The translations under genes were made by a program, and so were the position numbers. From positions 23,820,144 through 23,884,143 of the forward strand of contig OZ316896.1 in NCBI GenBank assembly GCA_973895155.1: 64,000 bases of DNA, in the 5' to 3' direction. Of the stretch, positions 62,201 to 64,000 are shown one piece after another; position 1 is the first letter of the stretch; every line of letters begins with the position of its first letter. The notes under the pieces are model-generated. The model was not told where the DNA came from. It was given only the letters and a program-made list of their open reading frames with translations, and searched no databases. The DNA is from Marsupella aquatica. Lineage: Eukaryota; Plantae; Marchantiophyta.

Positions 62201-64000
62201 AGGGTGGGGGAGGGGTTCCATGGGGGTTGAGGGTGAGGGTGGCCCCCAGTTTTGGGGGTGCGTGCACATGGGGGCGTGTGCAACCCTACTGTAGCATTGG
62301 GGGTGTAACGAGCTGGGGGTGAGGGTGGGGGAGGGGTTCCATGGGGGTTGAGGGTGAGGGTGGCCCCCAGTTTTGGGGGTGCGTGCACATGGGGCGTGTG
62401 CAACCCTACTGTAGCATTGGGGGTGTAACGAGCTGGGGGTGAGGGTGGGGGAGGGGTTCCATGGGGTTGAGGGGTGAGGGTGGCCCCCAGTTTTGGGGGT
62501 GCGTGCACATGGGGGCGTGTGCAACCCTACTGTAGCATTGGGGGTGTAACGAGCTGGGGGTGAGGGTGGGGGAGGGGTTCCATGGGGGTTGAGGGTGAGG
62601 GTGGCCCCCAGTTTTGGGGGGTGCGTGCACATGGGGGCGTGTGCAACCCTACTGTAGCATTGGGGGTTTAGGGTTTAGGGTTTAGGGTAATTTTGACTTT
62701 TTTAAAGTATTGGTAAAACGTTTCATTTTGGTGGATTTGTGCAAATAGCACGTTTTGGAACGTTACGTGCTCGCCTAGCACGTTTTTTTGACAAGTATAG
62801 CAAAAAGAAAAAAAGGGTTAGCGTTTAGGGTTTAGGGTTTATGGTTTAGGGGTTTAGAGTGTCATCCCCAGTTTTCACATGTGGCATACCAGTTTTTTAA
62901 GTACTGGTATGATTATTGAATATTGGGGGTGAGTTTGACCCCCAGTTTGTTGTGTGCGCATTTTGGAGGGGCTAGGGGTGGGGTACCCCCCAATTTCGGG
63001 GTGCGTGTACCAGGGGGCGAGTGCCACCCTACGTTAGCTTTTGGGGGTGTAACGAGCTGGGGGTGAGGGTGGGGGAGGGGTTCCATGGGGGTTGAGGGTG
63101 AGGGTGGCCCCCAGTTTTGGGGGTGCGTGCACATGGGGGCGTGTGCAACCCTACTGTAGCATTGGGGGTGTAACGAGCTGGGGGTGAGGGTGGGGAGGGG
63201 TTCCATGGGGGTTGAGGGTGAGGGTGGCCCCCAGTTTTGGGGGTGCGTGCACATGGGGGCGTGTGCAACCCTACTGTAGCATTGGGGGTGTAACGAGCTG
63301 GGGGTGAGGGTGGGGGAGGGGTTCCATGGGGGTTGAGGGTGAGGGTGGCCCCCAGTTTTGGGGGTGCGTGCACATGGGGGCGTGTGCACCCTACTGTAGC
63401 ATTGGGGGTTTAGGGTTTAGGGTTTAGGGTAATTTTGACTTTTTTAAAGTATTGGTAAAACGTTTCATTTTGGTGGATTTGTGCAAATAGCACGTTTTGG
63501 AACGTTACGTGCTCGCCTAGCACGTTTTTTTTGACAAGTATAGCAAAAAGAAAAAAAAGGGTTAGCGTTTAGGGTTTAGGGTTTATGGTTTAGGGTTTAG
63601 AGTGTCATCCCCAGTTTTCACATGTGGCATACCAGTTTTTTAAGTACTGGTATGATTATTGAATATTGGGGGTGAGTTTGACCCCCAGTTTGTTGTGTGC
63701 GCATTTTGGAGGGGCTAGGGGTGGGGGTACCCCCCAATTTTCGGGGTGCGTGTACCAGGGGGCGAGTGCCACCCTACGTTAGCTTTTGGGGGTGTAACGA
63801 GCTGGGGGTGAGGGTGGGGGAGGGGTTCCATGGGGGTTGAGGGTGAGGGTGGCCCCCAGTTTTGGGGGTGCGTGCACATGGGGGCGTGTGCAACCCTACT
63901 GTAGCATTGGGGGTGTAACGAGCTGGGGGTGAGGGTGGGGGAGGGGTTTAGGGTTTAGGGTTTATGGTTTAGGGTTTAGAGTGTCATCCCCAGTTTTCAC
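50292..64000 (+). repeat. Subtelomeric G-rich satellite: 121-bp monomers, about 185-bp head, about 128-bp A-tailed spacer, short TTTAGGG tracts; about 5.2-kb higher-order repeat
   Basis: The 121-bp period is visible (e.g. 50640, 50761, 50882); (TTTAGGG)3-6 tracts with TTTATGG variants lie at every block junction; the array runs off the window end. Confidence 0.97.

Noticed and set aside
50459-63389. Dozens of Pro/His/Thr-rich minus-strand ORFs (MHAPPKLG...)
   Set aside because: These are translations of the 121-bp satellite; the period is not a multiple of 3 and there is no coding signature.
50292-64000. CRISPR-like repeat/spacer appearance
   Set aside because: The spacers are identical to each other, there are no cas genes, and the context is eukaryotic.
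57460-64000. Increasing single-base indels in the distal satellite as biological divergence
   Set aside because: Nearly all are homopolymer-length changes, typical of low-coverage long-read consensus error.

Overview
Repeat-rich land-plant nuclear DNA, most likely a moss (PLS-DYW PPR gene, TTTAGGG telomere motif), apparently running into a subtelomere on the right. Two probably intact genes are present: a PLS-class PPR-DYW gene (4.2-7.1 kb) and a two-exon Crinkler-like SAM/REase/kinase gene (35.3-37.3 kb). Most of the rest is nested, decayed Copia, Gypsy and LINE debris. Three things stand out. (1) Two 4-4.7 kb units bounded by TG...CA with perfect 5-bp target-site duplications (14438-19164 and 19332-23346), plus a truncated third copy (45895-50291). 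They have no internal LTR pair and no gag/pol, and are filled by one large PMD/transposon-accessory-like plus coiled-coil ORF, so they look like giant protein-coding solo LTRs. (2) An intron-containing pseudogene (39.5-43.5 kb, minus strand) that fuses a ParB-like DGNHR domain to a degenerate beta-class amino-DNA-methyltransferase, with a recurring palindrome in its introns and flanks. (3) A 13.7-kb G-rich satellite (50.3-64 kb) built from 121-bp monomers, short telomere tracts and an A-tailed spacer, organised as a roughly 5.2-kb higher-order repeat. All domain calls are by-eye motif recognition; no database searches were run.
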